From a bacterium (lineage in GTDB: Bacteria; Patescibacteriota; CPR2; UBA1875; JAJYID01), in the NCBI GenBank assembly GCA_030647205.1, contig JAUSJO010000005.1, forward strand, positions 74,523 through 138,522: a DNA stretch of 64,000 nt. Direction: 5' to 3'. The position numbers and the translations under genes are program-made. Positions 26,676 to 36,511 of this stretch are shown here, in pieces. Positions within the stretch are counted from its first letter, which is position 1, and every line of letters begins with the position of its first letter. The notes under the pieces were generated by a model. That model saw only the letters and a program-made list of their open reading frames with translations, did no database searches and was not told the origin of the DNA.

Positions 26676-27914
26676 ATGTCAGAGGGGAATGTGACACCGG
26701 AAGGAATATATAGCGACCATAAGGAAGCTGCGGGCATGTTAGAGTCGTCAGCCGAGAGGCACGAAGCAGCAAAGGCTGATCTTAAAGATGCTCGAGAACT
26801 CTACAACATGACGGAAGGAAGCGGTCTTAACGAGGGGGTTATCGCCAAGGCAAAGGATATTCATGAGTCTGCAAAAGCCGAGAATACCGCCGCCAGGAAT
26901 GAAAGCAAAGAGGTCAAAGGTTTATATGATGATAATCTCGAAATGGCTAAACAGTCAGTAACTCCTGAACTTGTAGATAGGGCAGAGTATGAAAACGAAA
27001 TGCGCGACAAAATTATAAGCGCCATAGATGAACATAACTATGGGATAGCAAAAGGTTTACTAGAAGAGCTTTTCAAAAAGGAAACAGGGATATCAATGGG
27101 GTCGGAAACTGAAGAAAACACGGTCATCACAGAGATTCCGATAGAGAAAGTAGATTCTCCGAAAGTATCGATACCCGTTAGAGAAGCAAAAGATACAGCA
27201 GAAAGTCCGGTTATCGAGATACCGGTAGAAAAGAAAAGTTCTCCTGAAGTGTCGATACCGGTTAGAGAGGCGGCAAACACAACTTCTGATCTGGATGATT
27301 TGAATCCTGAAGTTAAGGAATGTATCGATCTTATAAATATTGAAACAAGAAACTGCTTCAAGCCGGAGAACTTATCACCGGAAGAACTAAAGAGGCTTGC
27401 AGACTTGTTGGAAAACTCTACTCAGGAAGAAGTGATGGAGATAGTGAGGACTAGAGCGCATGAGATGAAGCTGATAGACTATGTCGCCACTCCCACCGCT
27501 TTTGAGAAAAACATGCACAAAAGCAATTATGGGAAAATGGGGCAGAGAGATCTGACAGATGATGTTTTGAATGCAAGGCTTTCAAGAGAAATATTAACTG
27601 AAGGGGAACAGAAAGAGCTTGAAGAAGCATTGGAGCAAAAGGGTGATAGTATTGAGATCAATGAAGAAGATAAAAGGCTTTTAGAGCTGGTAGTAAAAGC
27701 ATATAGGATCTTAAAAAGAGGCGAGCAGGATCCGGGAGGCGTAACAAAAGATCTTTATGCAACCGGCTACAGTAACATTGGCGATATGAAGAATGACTAC
27801 TCTGCTGATAATTTGTTAAAGATTATACAGACAAGCGACTATGTACTTACAGCCGTAAGACATGACAGAATCTTAAAGGATAGGATCAAGGACACTCTGG
27901 CAAAAGCCAAATAA
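26676..27914 (+). CDS. Acidic hypothetical protein with an internal ~30-aa tandem repeat
   Basis: RBS AAGGAG. Repeats IPIEKVDSPKVSIPVREAKDT / IPVEKKSSPEVSIPVREAANT. Confidence 0.5.
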   Translation: MSEGNVTPEGIYSDHKEAAGMLESSAERHEAAKADLKDARELYNMTEGSGLNEGVIAKAKDIHESAKAENTAARNESKEVKGLYDDNLEMAKQSVTPELVDRAEYENEMRDKIISAIDEHNYGIAKGLLEELFKKETGISMGSETEENTVITEIPIEKVDSPKVSIPVREAKDTAESPVIEIPVEKKSSPEVSIPVREAANTTSDLDDLNPEVKECIDLINIETRNCFKPENLSPEELKRLADLLENSTQEEVMEIVRTRAHEMKLIDYVATPTAFEKNMHKSNYGKMGQRDLTDDVLNARLSREILTEGEQKELEEALEQKGDSIEINEEDKRLLELVVKAYRILKRGEQDPGGVTKDLYATGYSNIGDMKNDYSADNLLKIIQTSDYVLTAVRHDRILKDRIKDTLAKAK

Positions 27915-27927
27915 AGGGAAAAAAGAG

Positions 27928-27970
27928 AAAGAGGAAGTATCTTTTAAGGGGATACTTCCTCTTTTTTTGT
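27928..27970 (+). terminator. Rho-independent terminator
   Basis: Hairpin gaggaagtatcttttaaggggatacttcctc followed by ttttttt. Confidence 0.7.
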
Positions 27971-27993
27971 TGAGATCTATGCTTTGTTAGCGG

Positions 27994-28320
27994 TCAGGCT
28001 GACCAGCTATATACAAATGCATAGTTCTCAGATGGTGTTTCTGCTACGGCCTTAGACTCGAAATATTCATCAAAGGCCGATACTACGGTCTGATCCTCAT
28101 CGGTCAGACCTAAAACGAAACTCGTGCTGTCTGAATGGATGATTTGCGCTATATTTTCTTTGTTTGCGCCGTAGAAAAAGCATTCTCCACAGTCATCGTT
28201 CCAGTTGATGTCCACTCCGTGGCGTCTTAGGATCCTCACCACTTCGTAAGTGTCCACCATTGAGAACTTCGATGACTCGAAGTCGCAAACTGGAATCTTC
28301 TTTTCGGACATTGTTATCAC
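27994..28320 (-). CDS. Hypothetical protein
   Basis: ORF only. Confidence 0.4.
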   Translation of the reverse strand: MITMSEKKIPVCDFESSKFSMVDTYEVVRILRRHGVDINWNDDCGECFFYGANKENIAQIIHSDSTSFVLGLTDEDQTVVSAFDEYFESKAVAETPSENYAFVYSWSA

Positions 28321-28440
28321 ACCCTCTATTTTTTTAGGTACACAGCTGTGTCAGCTGATAATGTCGTGATATAGTAACATAAAAATAATGTTGTGTAAAG
28401 GGCTTTATTTACAGTCTATCCCTTTTTCTTTTATTCTAAT

Positions 28441-28532
28441 CGTGCTATAGTAAGCACTCAAATTAGCTACGAAAGTTAGGGGGTAGCCTCTAACTTTTTA
28501 AAAGCTCGAACTTTGAAACGAGGTGAACTAAG
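28441..28532 (+). promoter_or_regulatory. Extended -10 promoter (TGcTATAGT) plus an ~85-nt conserved leader, copy 1
   Basis: About 80% identical to 29553-29642 upstream of a different gene. Confidence 0.6.
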
Positions 28533-29492
28533 TTGACAGCTCATTCAGAAAGAGGCCGGCGAGGTACTTTTTGGAATGGCAGAAAGCCGGTGGTATTAGT
28601 AAATGGAGCCGCCAGGAACGGTAAAAAGTTCGGACAAGAGTTGGTCTCATATCTAACCGCGGAAAAACTGGAACCTGCTGTGGTAGAGACAGGAAAGCCC
28701 GGAAATGCATCCATGATTGTCAGTGAATTGATGAAGGAGGCAAATGCTATATTTGTGGTTGGAGGCGATGGCACTTTGACTGAAGCGGCTGGGGGAGTTG
28801 TCACGGCCCAAAGGAAGAATGAAAAAGCAGTTCTTATTTTTGTGCCCGGTGGCACCGCTAACCTCATTTCCCGGAAAGTCATTCCCGGCGGCTTAAAAAG
28901 CATAAAGGAAATGATTCAGCGGGACGCAATTTCTCCTGACAAAATGGATGCTTTGAAAATAAGGTTGGTTGAAAGAGACGGGAGAGTCAAAGAACTGGTA
29001 GTACTAGGCCATATTGGCTTTGGCGTTACGGCGAAAGGTGCCGAAATCATTATGGAGAAAAGGCCGGGGAATCGTCTGACCGAATTAAAGGCTGTAACTG
29101 CTGCCCTGAAAAAACCGGTAGAGATAACGATGGAAGGAAGAGACTTAAAAGTAAGACACTTGCTTCTAAACAACGTTGGTGTTTCCGGCAGGTATATAAA
29201 GACGAGTAATTCTCTGATTGACGATGGCCTGATGGAAGTGGTTATAAACAATGGCAACCTCTTGTCGCTGTTTGGAGACGGCCTTCGAGCATTTATCAAG
29301 GGGATTAAGGGGGAACAGAGGAAAACTCTGTCTTTTGAAATACCGGACGGTACTATTGCTCAGATAGATGGGGAGATTCTCAGCATAGCGCCAAAGACAG
29401 AGGTTGTAGTAAGTGTTTTACCGGGGGCAATCCCGATGGTTACGGATAAATGCTTCTGTTTATCATTTTCGAAACAGCCGAATCGTTACTGA
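28533..29492 (+). CDS. Lipid kinase of the DAGK-catalytic / YegS / BmrU family (TTG start)
   Basis: DAGK_cat signature VVGGDGTLTEAAGGVV. N-terminal RKPVVLVNGAARNGK. Confidence 0.75.
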   Translation: MTAHSERGRRGTFWNGRKPVVLVNGAARNGKKFGQELVSYLTAEKLEPAVVETGKPGNASMIVSELMKEANAIFVVGGDGTLTEAAGGVVTAQRKNEKAVLIFVPGGTANLISRKVIPGGLKSIKEMIQRDAISPDKMDALKIRLVERDGRVKELVVLGHIGFGVTAKGAEIIMEKRPGNRLTELKAVTAALKKPVEITMEGRDLKVRHLLLNNVGVSGRYIKTSNSLIDDGLMEVVINNGNLLSLFGDGLRAFIKGIKGEQRKTLSFEIPDGTIAQIDGEILSIAPKTEVVVSVLPGAIPMVTDKCFCLSFSKQPNRY

Positions 29493-29493
29493 A

Positions 29494-29546
29494 AGGAGAG
29501 GACGTGAGATTTGTCTCACGTGAAGTACCTCTCCTTTTTCTTTTTC
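29494..29546 (+). terminator. Strong rho-independent terminator
   Basis: Long hairpin aggagaggacgtgagatttgtctcacgtgaagtacctctcct followed by ttttcttttt. Confidence 0.75.
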
Positions 29547-29552
29547 AAATTT

Positions 29553-29642
29553 TGTGCTATAATAAACACTCAAATTAGCTAGGAAAAGTTGGAGGGTATC
29601 TTCAGCTTTTTAAATGCTTGAACTTTGAAAAAGGAGACGGTA
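29553..29642 (+). promoter_or_regulatory. Extended -10 promoter (TGcTATAAT) plus the conserved leader, copy 2
   Basis: Paralogous to 28441-28532. Confidence 0.6.
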
Positions 29643-29831
29643 ATGTACAAACTATTTAAGTGGCTAACTTTCATATCGGTAGCCGGTTTGGCATTTTTAC
29701 TGCTATTGATAGTCTTTCTTAAGCCGACATCTGACAATGGACTTTGGGCGGCAATTGGCGGATATTTCTGTCTTGGCTGTTTCGCACTTTTTGCCGGAAT
29801 AACGCTCTATTTGCGTGAGGAAAGAGCCTGA
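29643..29831 (+). CDS. Small two-TM membrane protein (ORF could also start at TTG 29625)
   Basis: RBS AAGGAG sits 6 nt before ATG 29643. Confidence 0.5.
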   Translation: MYKLFKWLTFISVAGLAFLLLLIVFLKPTSDNGLWAAIGGYFCLGCFALFAGITLYLREERA

Positions 29832-30141
29832 GGAAATAAATTTCAAATCATGGAATGGGGTGAATGGAATGGAAAAGCTAGTGAGCGAGCCGCAGAACAG
29901 CCAAGAGTTTCGATATATCAAGATTCAGTTGCCGTCACGTTGCGCGGTTTGTGATGTGACTCAAGACTTCTCATGGCTAAAGCAGAAGTGTGGGGAAGTT
30001 CTATTTGGTCCGCATCTTTCTACGGTTTGTGGCAAGGTGGAGGAAAAGAACTTCGATCAAGTCATAGCTGCTATCAGAAGAGGATTCATAGTTGAGGAGA
30101 TATCCGAAAACGAGTATGCAGCTTTTTCCTGGGGCCTTTAG
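29815..30141 (+). CDS. Hypothetical protein (probable start ATG 29872)
   Basis: ORF only. Confidence 0.35.
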   Translation: MRKEPEEINFKSWNGVNGMEKLVSEPQNSQEFRYIKIQLPSRCAVCDVTQDFSWLKQKCGEVLFGPHLSTVCGKVEEKNFDQVIAAIRRGFIVEEISENEYAAFSWGL

Positions 30142-30158
30142 AGCAAACATGAAAAATA

Positions 30159-30428
30159 ATGGAGGTGGATGAGTTGGCTGAAGCTGTTGCAATAATCTTA
30201 AAAGGCGGATGGAACTGGAAGAGTTCGGTTCCGTATATGGCGGTGGCCTGTTTCTTAAAGATCATCATCATCGGCTGTATCGGTGTGATTGCTTCCGATA
30301 TGTCAGGTCCGACGATTGATCGGGTAGAAAGCACCATTATCGTGGCTGCTTTGCTCGATGCCCCGATCAGTATACTTGCGGTCAAGCTGTTTGTTGATGA
30401 GTTGAGGGATATCAGGAGAGGGAGGTAG
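30159..30428 (+). CDS. Small hydrophobic protein 1 of a four-gene overlapping operon
   Basis: ORF. Stops and starts overlap through 31274. Confidence 0.4.
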   Translation: MEVDELAEAVAIILKGGWNWKSSVPYMAVACFLKIIIIGCIGVIASDMSGPTIDRVESTIIVAALLDAPISILAVKLFVDELRDIRRGR

Positions 30429-30433
30429 CTAAA

Positions 30434-30634
30434 ATGCAAGTGATCATATCCGTAGTGCTTATTGTCTGGGCTGTAATAGTTACGTTCATAATCCAGCCTC
30501 ATATCGGTCAACCGGTGAATCCCTCTTATGTCGTTTGGCTTTTCTTCGGTCTCATGCCCGGTAGTATCGGTGCCGGTCTTTTGGCTGCCAGCCTTAGATC
30601 TAGTATATTGCCCAATGCAAAAAAAGGTGGTTGA
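30434..30634 (+). CDS. Small two-TM protein 2
   Basis: ORF, hydrophobic. Confidence 0.4.
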   Translation: MQVIISVVLIVWAVIVTFIIQPHIGQPVNPSYVVWLFFGLMPGSIGAGLLAASLRSSILPNAKKGG

Positions 30635-30990
30635 TCATGGGAATCTTCAAACCAAATGCTCCGAAAAGTTCCAAGATACTTCTGTACGGCTTTGCACTTG
30701 CGTTTATCGGGGTGTTGGCATGCACACTTTCCAGTATTATCTTTCCCAATAACTGGGACTTACTACTGATTTCAATGCTGGCACCTGGTATTCCGGGCAT
30801 GACGCTAATGCTGTATTTCTGGTTCAAATACGCGCCGGAACTTGCTTGCCCATATGACAGAGGCGAGTGCGATGGCGAGTGCGTTAGCAAAGACCAGAGC
30901 ATCATTTGCGGCCGGTATTGTAAATGCTGGGGGGAAAATGTAACAGATGGTCCCAGAACTGCTCTGGTCAGACTGAATGGAGGTGAGTGA
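30631..30990 (+). CDS. Membrane protein 3 with a Cys-rich C-terminus (CPYDRGECDGECVS...CGRYCKCWGE)
   Basis: ORF. ATGA overlap with both neighbours. Confidence 0.45.
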   Translation: MIMGIFKPNAPKSSKILLYGFALAFIGVLACTLSSIIFPNNWDLLLISMLAPGIPGMTLMLYFWFKYAPELACPYDRGECDGECVSKDQSIICGRYCKCWGENVTDGPRTALVRLNGGE

Positions 30991-31274
30991 AGATGCAGAC
31001 GGTATATGCTATTCTGGCAGCTGTAGTACTTGGCCTTTTGTTCATAGGTTACTTTCTGGTGGGTATAGGGATAGTTGCTATAAGCAAGACTAAGTATTTT
31101 CGCTGGCTTGCATCAGAGAGATATTGGAGGCGTTGTGACATGCGTGGCATCAATGAAGCCGATATCGATCTCCTTTGGCCGTTTACGCTAATTGTTTTGC
31201 CAAGCCTTGTCCTTCTAAAGGGTTCACAAATCTTGATAAGAAGGTGGGGACTGGACAACAGTTTTATTAGATAG
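30987..31274 (+). CDS. Small membrane protein 4
   Basis: ORF. Confidence 0.4.
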   Translation: MKMQTVYAILAAVVLGLLFIGYFLVGIGIVAISKTKYFRWLASERYWRRCDMRGINEADIDLLWPFTLIVLPSLVLLKGSQILIRRWGLDNSFIR

Positions 31275-31380
31275 TGATAAAGGCATTTTGGCGGGGACAA
31301 GAGAAAGTAATCTTGTCCCCGCAAAAGGGGACTTTTTGAAAAAAGAGTCCTTTTTTCTTTTGTTTGTTTTGCAAAAACCC

Positions 31381-31409
31381 TTGAAACTTCCGAAAAAATT
31401 CTGTATACT
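31381..31409 (+). promoter_or_regulatory. Sigma70-like promoter (TTGAAA, 17-nt spacer, TATACT) for uvrA
   Basis: Read directly. Confidence 0.5.
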
Positions 31410-31489
31410 ATTTAGGTTTCTAGATTTGGGCTTAAAGCAGGCTTTTTATTGTTATAGATTCCCGTTTGAGCGGGAGTAAAGGATGGGTT

Positions 31490-34315
31490 ATGCAGGATAA
31501 AATCATAGTCAGGGGTGCTCGCGAGCACAACCTAAAAAATATAGATGTTGAAATCCCTAGGGATAAATTAGTCGTGTTTACAGGACTTTCCGGTTCAGGA
31601 AAGTCCTCTTTGGCCTTTGATACCATTTATGCTGAGGGCCAGAGGCGCTACGTGGAGAGTCTTTCCTCATATGCGCGCCAGTTCCTCGGCCTCATGGAAA
31701 AACCCGATGTGGACCAGATAGAGGGCCTCTCACCGGCTATTTCTATCGATCAGAAGTCTACCACCCGCAACCCGCGCTCCACAGTCGGCACCGTTACTGA
31801 GATTTACGACTATTTGAGAATACTTTATGCACGCATCGGCGTTCCACACTGTCCTTTGTGTGGGAAAGAGATTAGAAAGCAGACCATACCTCAAATCATT
31901 GAACAGATAATGGCGATGAAAAAGGGCACCAAGTTCATGATACTGGCACCTATCATCCGTGATAAGAAAGGCGTTCATAAGTATGTCTTTGCCGAGCTGC
32001 AAAAGGCCGGCTATGCAAGGGTGCGCGTGGACGGCAAGGTCTATGAAGTTGAGGATACGCCCGTTTTAGATAAGAACAAAAAGCATACGATAGATGCGGT
32101 TATAGACCGATTTACTTTAGATAAAGAAATAGAAAAGCGCATATCCCAGTCGGTAGAAAGTGCCGTAAATCTTGGCGAGGGAGTAATAATTTTGTTCAAC
32201 TCCGAGACCAAAGAAGAGAAAATATTTTCCCAGCACTTTGCATGCCTCGACTGCGGCATCAACCTTCCTGAAATATCACCGAGAAGCTTCTCGTTTAACT
32301 CTCCATACGGCGCGTGCCCGTACTGCACGGGACTTGGCGTCAAGCTTGAAATAGACCCGAAACTTGTCGTTCCAAACGCAAATCTTAGTATTCCAGAAGG
32401 CGCTATCCGCCCTTGGTCCAGAACCGCCAGCAAGATGGGTTGGTACATCAAACTGCTCTACGGAGTTGCCGAGAAGCACGGATTTGATATAAACGCGCCC
32501 TACAAAGACCTGCCCAAAAAGGCAAAAGACATCGTGATGTACGGCACGGGTGACGAAACCTACAACGTTCACATGGGGCTTCGAGAGTACACCTCAGACT
32601 ATGAAGGCGTAGTTGCTAATCTTGGCAGACGTCACAAAGAAACCGACTCTGATTATGTCAGAAAAGAAATAGAAAGGTATATGAGTGAGAAGGAGTGTCC
32701 GAAGTGTAAAGGAACTCGCCTCAAGCCTGAAATAGCCGCAGTTACAGTTGGCGGTAAGACAATAGTCGAGATAGTCACTATGTCACTCGATAGGGCACAC
32801 GAGTTTTTTGAAACCATGAAACTTTCAGATAGAGATCAGCAAATAGCTGTTCAAGTCCGCAAAGAGTTGTCAGAGCGAATAAATTTTTTGCTCAATGTCG
32901 GACTTAACTACCTGACACTCGACCGTTCTGCGACGACCCTTTCCGGCGGAGAAGCCCAACGTATAAGATTAGCCACACAGATCGGTTCATCCCTCATGGG
33001 CGTGCTTTATATACTAGACGAGCCGTCCATCGGCCTTCACCAGCGTGACAATATACGCCTCATCGAGACATTAAAGCGCCTTCGTGACCTTGGAAACACC
33101 GTCATCGTCGTAGAGCACGACGAGGAAACCATGCTGAACTCAAACTGGATTCTCGACATTGGTCCCGGAGCAGGGGAAGCTGGCGGACGCATCATCGCCC
33201 AGGGCACACCGGAGCAGATTATGAAAGACCCGAAGTCCATCACAGGACTCTACCTTTCAGGCAAGAAAACCGTAGATTCACCAGAAAAGCGCCGAAATGG
33301 ACACGGAAACTCCATCACCATAGAGGGCGCCACCGAGCATAACTTACGTGACGTCACAGTAGACATCCCACTCGGCAAGCTCGTTCTCTGTACAGGCGTC
33401 TCTGGCTCAGGCAAGTCATCTCTCATTAACGACATCCTAGCCAAGAAGCTCTCCCAAGTATTCCACCGGGCACAGGCGCTACCGGGCAAACACAAGAGCA
33501 TCAAAGGCCTCACCAATCTCGACAAAGTCATCGACATCGACCAGTCGCCGATAGGCAGAACCCCTAGAAGCAACCCCGCCACCTACACAGGCGTATTTAC
33601 GGAAATCCGCGACCTTTTCGCATCCGTTCCCGAGGCAAAGATACGCGGGTACAAGCCGGGACGCTTCAGTTTCAACGTCAAAGGCGGCCGATGTGAGGCG
33701 TGTCGCGGTGAAGGTATCCTGAAGATTGAGATGCACTTCCTCCCCGACGTCTACATCACTTGCGAGGAGTGTAAGGGCAAGCGCTACAACGCGGAAGTTC
33801 TCGATATCAAATACAAAGGCAAAAATATCTCTGATGTTCTGGAAATGACGGTCTCAGAGGCGCTCCAATTCTTTAAAAATATTCCTAAAATCCAAATGAA
33901 GCTGGAAACGCTTGAACGAGTAGGCTTGGGTTACATACGACTTGGCCAGCCGGCAACGACACTTTCCGGCGGTGAATCTCAAAGGGTGAAATTATCGACC
34001 GAATTATCTAAGAAATCTACCGGCAAGACGCTCTACATTCTGGATGAGCCGACTACCGGCCTGCACATGGACGATGTAAATCGCCTAATGAATATCCTAA
34101 ACGCGCTTGTTGACATGGGAAATACCGTGCTTGTTATCGAGCACAATCTGGAGGTTATCAAGGGCGCGGACTGGATTATAGATCTCGGGCCTGAAGGCGG
34201 GGATAAAGGGGGAGAAGTGGTTGCCGAAGGAACCCCGGAACAAGTGGCACGAAATAAAAAATCTTATACAGGGCAATACTTGGCTGAGATCTTGAAGAAA
34301 GGAGCTATTAAATGA
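31490..34315 (+). CDS. uvrA: Excinuclease ABC subunit A (start chosen at ATG 31490; the ORF extends to TTG 31466)
   Basis: [18 protein letters not shown]; two ABC modules; Zn fingers. The C-terminal tail after ...EGTPEQV is a lineage-specific extension. Confidence 0.95.
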   Translation: MQDKIIVRGAREHNLKNIDVEIPRDKLVVFTGLSGSGKSSLAFDTIYAEGQRRYVESLSSYARQFLGLMEKPDVDQIEGLSPAISIDQKSTTRNPRSTVGTVTEIYDYLRILYARIGVPHCPLCGKEIRKQTIPQIIEQIMAMKKGTKFMILAPIIRDKKGVHKYVFAELQKAGYARVRVDGKVYEVEDTPVLDKNKKHTIDAVIDRFTLDKEIEKRISQSVESAVNLGEGVIILFNSETKEEKIFSQHFACLDCGINLPEISPRSFSFNSPYGACPYCTGLGVKLEIDPKLVVPNANLSIPEGAIRPWSRTASKMGWYIKLLYGVAEKHGFDINAPYKDLPKKAKDIVMYGTGDETYNVHMGLREYTSDYEGVVANLGRRHKETDSDYVRKEIERYMSEKECPKCKGTRLKPEIAAVTVGGKTIVEIVTMSLDRAHEFFETMKLSDRDQQIAVQVRKELSERINFLLNVGLNYLTLDRSATTLSGGEAQRIRLATQIGSSLMGVLYILDEPSIGLHQRDNIRLIETLKRLRDLGNTVIVVEHDEETMLNSNWILDIGPGAGEAGGRIIAQGTPEQIMKDPKSITGLYLSGKKTVDSPEKRRNGHGNSITIEGATEHNLRDVTVDIPLGKLVLCTGVSGSGKSSLINDILAKKLSQVFHRAQALPGKHKSIKGLTNLDKVIDIDQSPIGRTPRSNPATYTGVFTEIRDLFASVPEAKIRGYKPGRFSFNVKGGRCEACRGEGILKIEMHFLPDVYITCEECKGKRYNAEVLDIKYKGKNISDVLEMTVSEALQFFKNIPKIQMKLETLERVGLGYIRLGQPATTLSGGESQRVKLSTELSKKSTGKTLYILDEPTTGLHMDDVNRLMNILNALVDMGNTVLVIEHNLEVIKGADWIIDLGPEGGDKGGEVVAEGTPEQVARNKKSYTGQYLAEILKKGAIK

Positions 34316-34545
34316 ATTGGCTCAGTGCTTTAGCTGATATATTTACAATTTTAGGATTCCCAATAGCTGTTATTTTAGTAATAAAAGAGTTTCGTAAAGA
34401 GGGGAAAATTCTAAATAACATTGAAAGCTCAATTTCTAGTGGGAATATTTCTGCTGACAAGATAAACAATAAAGGTGATATTATAAATTATACAGTCAAT
34501 AATCATATTAGCAGCGAACTAAAGGAAAAAAGCAATGAAAAATGA
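34312..34545 (+). CDS. Small membrane protein (hypothetical) in the AT-rich segment
   Basis: ORF overlapping the uvrA stop. Confidence 0.4.
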   Translation: MNWLSALADIFTILGFPIAVILVIKEFRKEGKILNNIESSISSGNISADKINNKGDIINYTVNNHISSELKEKSNEK

Positions 34546-34870
34546 AAACAAATTTGATATCAAAGAAGGGACTGTTAGTTTTTGGACAAAACCTGGGCAA
34601 ATCGATTTTTCAGGTAATCAGATTATGCCGATGATACAATTCGACTCTCCAAATGGATCAATTTTTATTGTCAAGGATGATGATAAGAAGATTAAATTTT
34701 TCCACGTTTACTTAGGTAAGGGAAGAACTGATGTAGAACATGATGTTTCGGGTTTAGACCCAAAAACTGAACATATGTTTGCTTTTACGTGGAGCATAAA
34801 AGAGAGATCTCTAAATATTTATATTGATGGCGAGCTGAAAAATACAACAAAGATTGACTATATAAAGTAA
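34535..34870 (+). CDS. Concanavalin-A-like (Laminin_G_3-type) jelly-roll domain fragment
   Basis: GTVSFWTKPGQ...MFAFTWSIKERSLNIYIDGEL matches LamG_3 hallmarks. Confidence 0.45.
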   Translation: MKNENKFDIKEGTVSFWTKPGQIDFSGNQIMPMIQFDSPNGSIFIVKDDDKKIKFFHVYLGKGRTDVEHDVSGLDPKTEHMFAFTWSIKERSLNIYIDGELKNTTKIDYIK

Positions 34871-34872
34871 TT

Positions 34873-34922
34873 GGGGCGGGGAAATAGTGGCAGAAGGAAC
34901 TCCGGAACAAGCGGCAAAATAA
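34873..34922 (+). pseudogene. Degraded duplicate of the uvrA 3' end (encodes ...[11 protein letters not shown])
   Basis: Aligns to uvrA 34193-34257 (ggcgggga.aa...gaaggaac.ccggaacaag.ggca..aaataa). Confidence 0.7.
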
Positions 34923-34984
34923 CTTCCTTTTCTATTGACAAAAACCCCAATTAGAACTAATATTTGTTTTAAGAAAGGGATTTT

Positions 34985-35767
34985 ATGAAATCCAGGATTT
35001 GTTTACTAATTTTTGCTCTCGCACTAATGGCCTTTCCATTAGGAAATGTTAATGCCGCTGTTAAAGTTAATGGCTATATTAGAGATGGAAAGTGGGTTAG
35101 CAGTTATGTTCGTTCCGAACCAAATGCATTAAAATATGACAATTATAGCTATAAATCCGGTGATGATCTTTACAACAAGAGTTATTCTTCTTCCACTAAG
35201 AGTTATTCTTCAAAATGGTATACGCCCTCATATAGCTGGGACGATGATTATTACACTGGTCTTTCTTGGTACAATACTTACGGTGGAGGAAGTAAAACTA
35301 AAACTTATAGTTCATCATATTCCCCGTCTTTAAGTAGTTATACTTTTCCCAGCACAAGTAGTTATTCACTAGATAATGATAACTATTACTCAAGTTATTG
35401 GACTTCTAGATATAAACCTTCATATTCTTCCAGCACTTATAAATCGTTATTTGATGATTCTGAAGACGATAATAATAGTTATACGCCTTCATATAATTCA
35501 ACATATAAACCCTATACTCCTAGTTACACCCCAAGCTACAAACCTTACACACCCAGTTACACAACACCGAGTTACACCACTCCAAGCTATAAACCCTATA
35601 CTCCTAGTTACAGTACGCCGAGCTACAATTCTTACGCACCAAGCTATGGGTCTTCAAGTTATGGTAGCTCTGGAAGTTCTTATGGCGGATATGGTTCTTC
35701 GAGTTATGGCAGTTCGTATGGTTCTGGAAGTTATGGTTCAAGCTATGGATCATCATATAATTATTAG
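34985..35767 (+). CDS. Secreted Ser/Tyr/Gly/Pro-rich low-complexity repeat protein
   Basis: Signal peptide MKSRICLLIFALALMAFPLGNVNA; repeats (TPSY/KPYTPSY)n and GSSYG. Confidence 0.55.
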   Translation: MKSRICLLIFALALMAFPLGNVNAAVKVNGYIRDGKWVSSYVRSEPNALKYDNYSYKSGDDLYNKSYSSSTKSYSSKWYTPSYSWDDDYYTGLSWYNTYGGGSKTKTYSSSYSPSLSSYTFPSTSSYSLDNDNYYSSYWTSRYKPSYSSSTYKSLFDDSEDDNNSYTPSYNSTYKPYTPSYTPSYKPYTPSYTTPSYTTPSYKPYTPSYSTPSYNSYAPSYGSSSYGSSGSSYGGYGSSSYGSSYGSGSYGSSYGSSYNY

Positions 35768-35783
35768 TTAAGTAGGAGTATTT

Positions 35784-36092
35784 ATGAAAAAATCAGAAAA
35801 ATTTTTAGTTGTTGTTGGAGTACTTTTTGTTGTTGCATTTACTTTTTCAGCAGTTCTTAATTACCTAGATTACAAATTAAAGAAAGAAGGGTATATAACA
35901 ACTCTTTTTCAAACATATACCAGTAATGTAGAAGCATGTCGGGAAGCAGTTAATAAAGCTAACGAGAAGGCTTCTGATCAAGAAAAGAAAGACGCAGTTA
36001 AAAAGACATGTATTGATGAAATCAACAATAACAGCAGAGAAGCAAAGCTTTTGAAAAATTGGGGACAGAGTAGTCTTTTAAGTAAGGAATAG
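35784..36092 (+). CDS. Small membrane-anchored hypothetical protein
   Basis: RBS AGGAG. ORF. Confidence 0.4.
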   Translation: MKKSEKFLVVVGVLFVVAFTFSAVLNYLDYKLKKEGYITTLFQTYTSNVEACREAVNKANEKASDQEKKDAVKKTCIDEINNNSREAKLLKNWGQSSLLSKE

Positions 36093-36103
36093 GAAATTTT
36101 AAT

Positions 36104-36511
36104 ATGGACTTAGTGAAGGCTAGTAAAGATGATTGTATTTTTAAATGTAGAGATTACAAAAAAGTATTAACTCATTTTACAAAAAAAAATTATTATCGTC
36201 ATGCAAAAAAAAGACCAATTTTGCTAGATAAAACCTTCCTTCCCCCAAGAGTCAAAGAGGCACTCGTTAATCCATCAATAATAATGCCGAGTCACAACGA
36301 TAAAGACGCTCATTGTTATTACCATCACGAGATAAGCGTTAATAGGAATATTAACTGGTATACAAAAGTCGTTGTTCATATTGGACATACGGACGTTGAC
36401 ACTAAAGAGAGAGTGAACTATATTAAAACTGCATGGAGAGTAAACTTAATCAAAGAATTAGCATATAATAAAAAACCAATATATTATGATGGCACCAGTC
36501 CCAAAAGTTAA
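36104..36511 (+). CDS. Hypothetical protein (possible DUF4258-like toxin partner)
   Basis: ORF adjacent to and overlapping a DUF2283-like gene. Weak support. Confidence 0.3.
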   Translation: MDLVKASKDDCIFKCRDYKKVLTHFTKKNYYRHAKKRPILLDKTFLPPRVKEALVNPSIIMPSHNDKDAHCYYHHEISVNRNINWYTKVVVHIGHTDVDTKERVNYIKTAWRVNLIKELAYNKKPIYYDGTSPKS

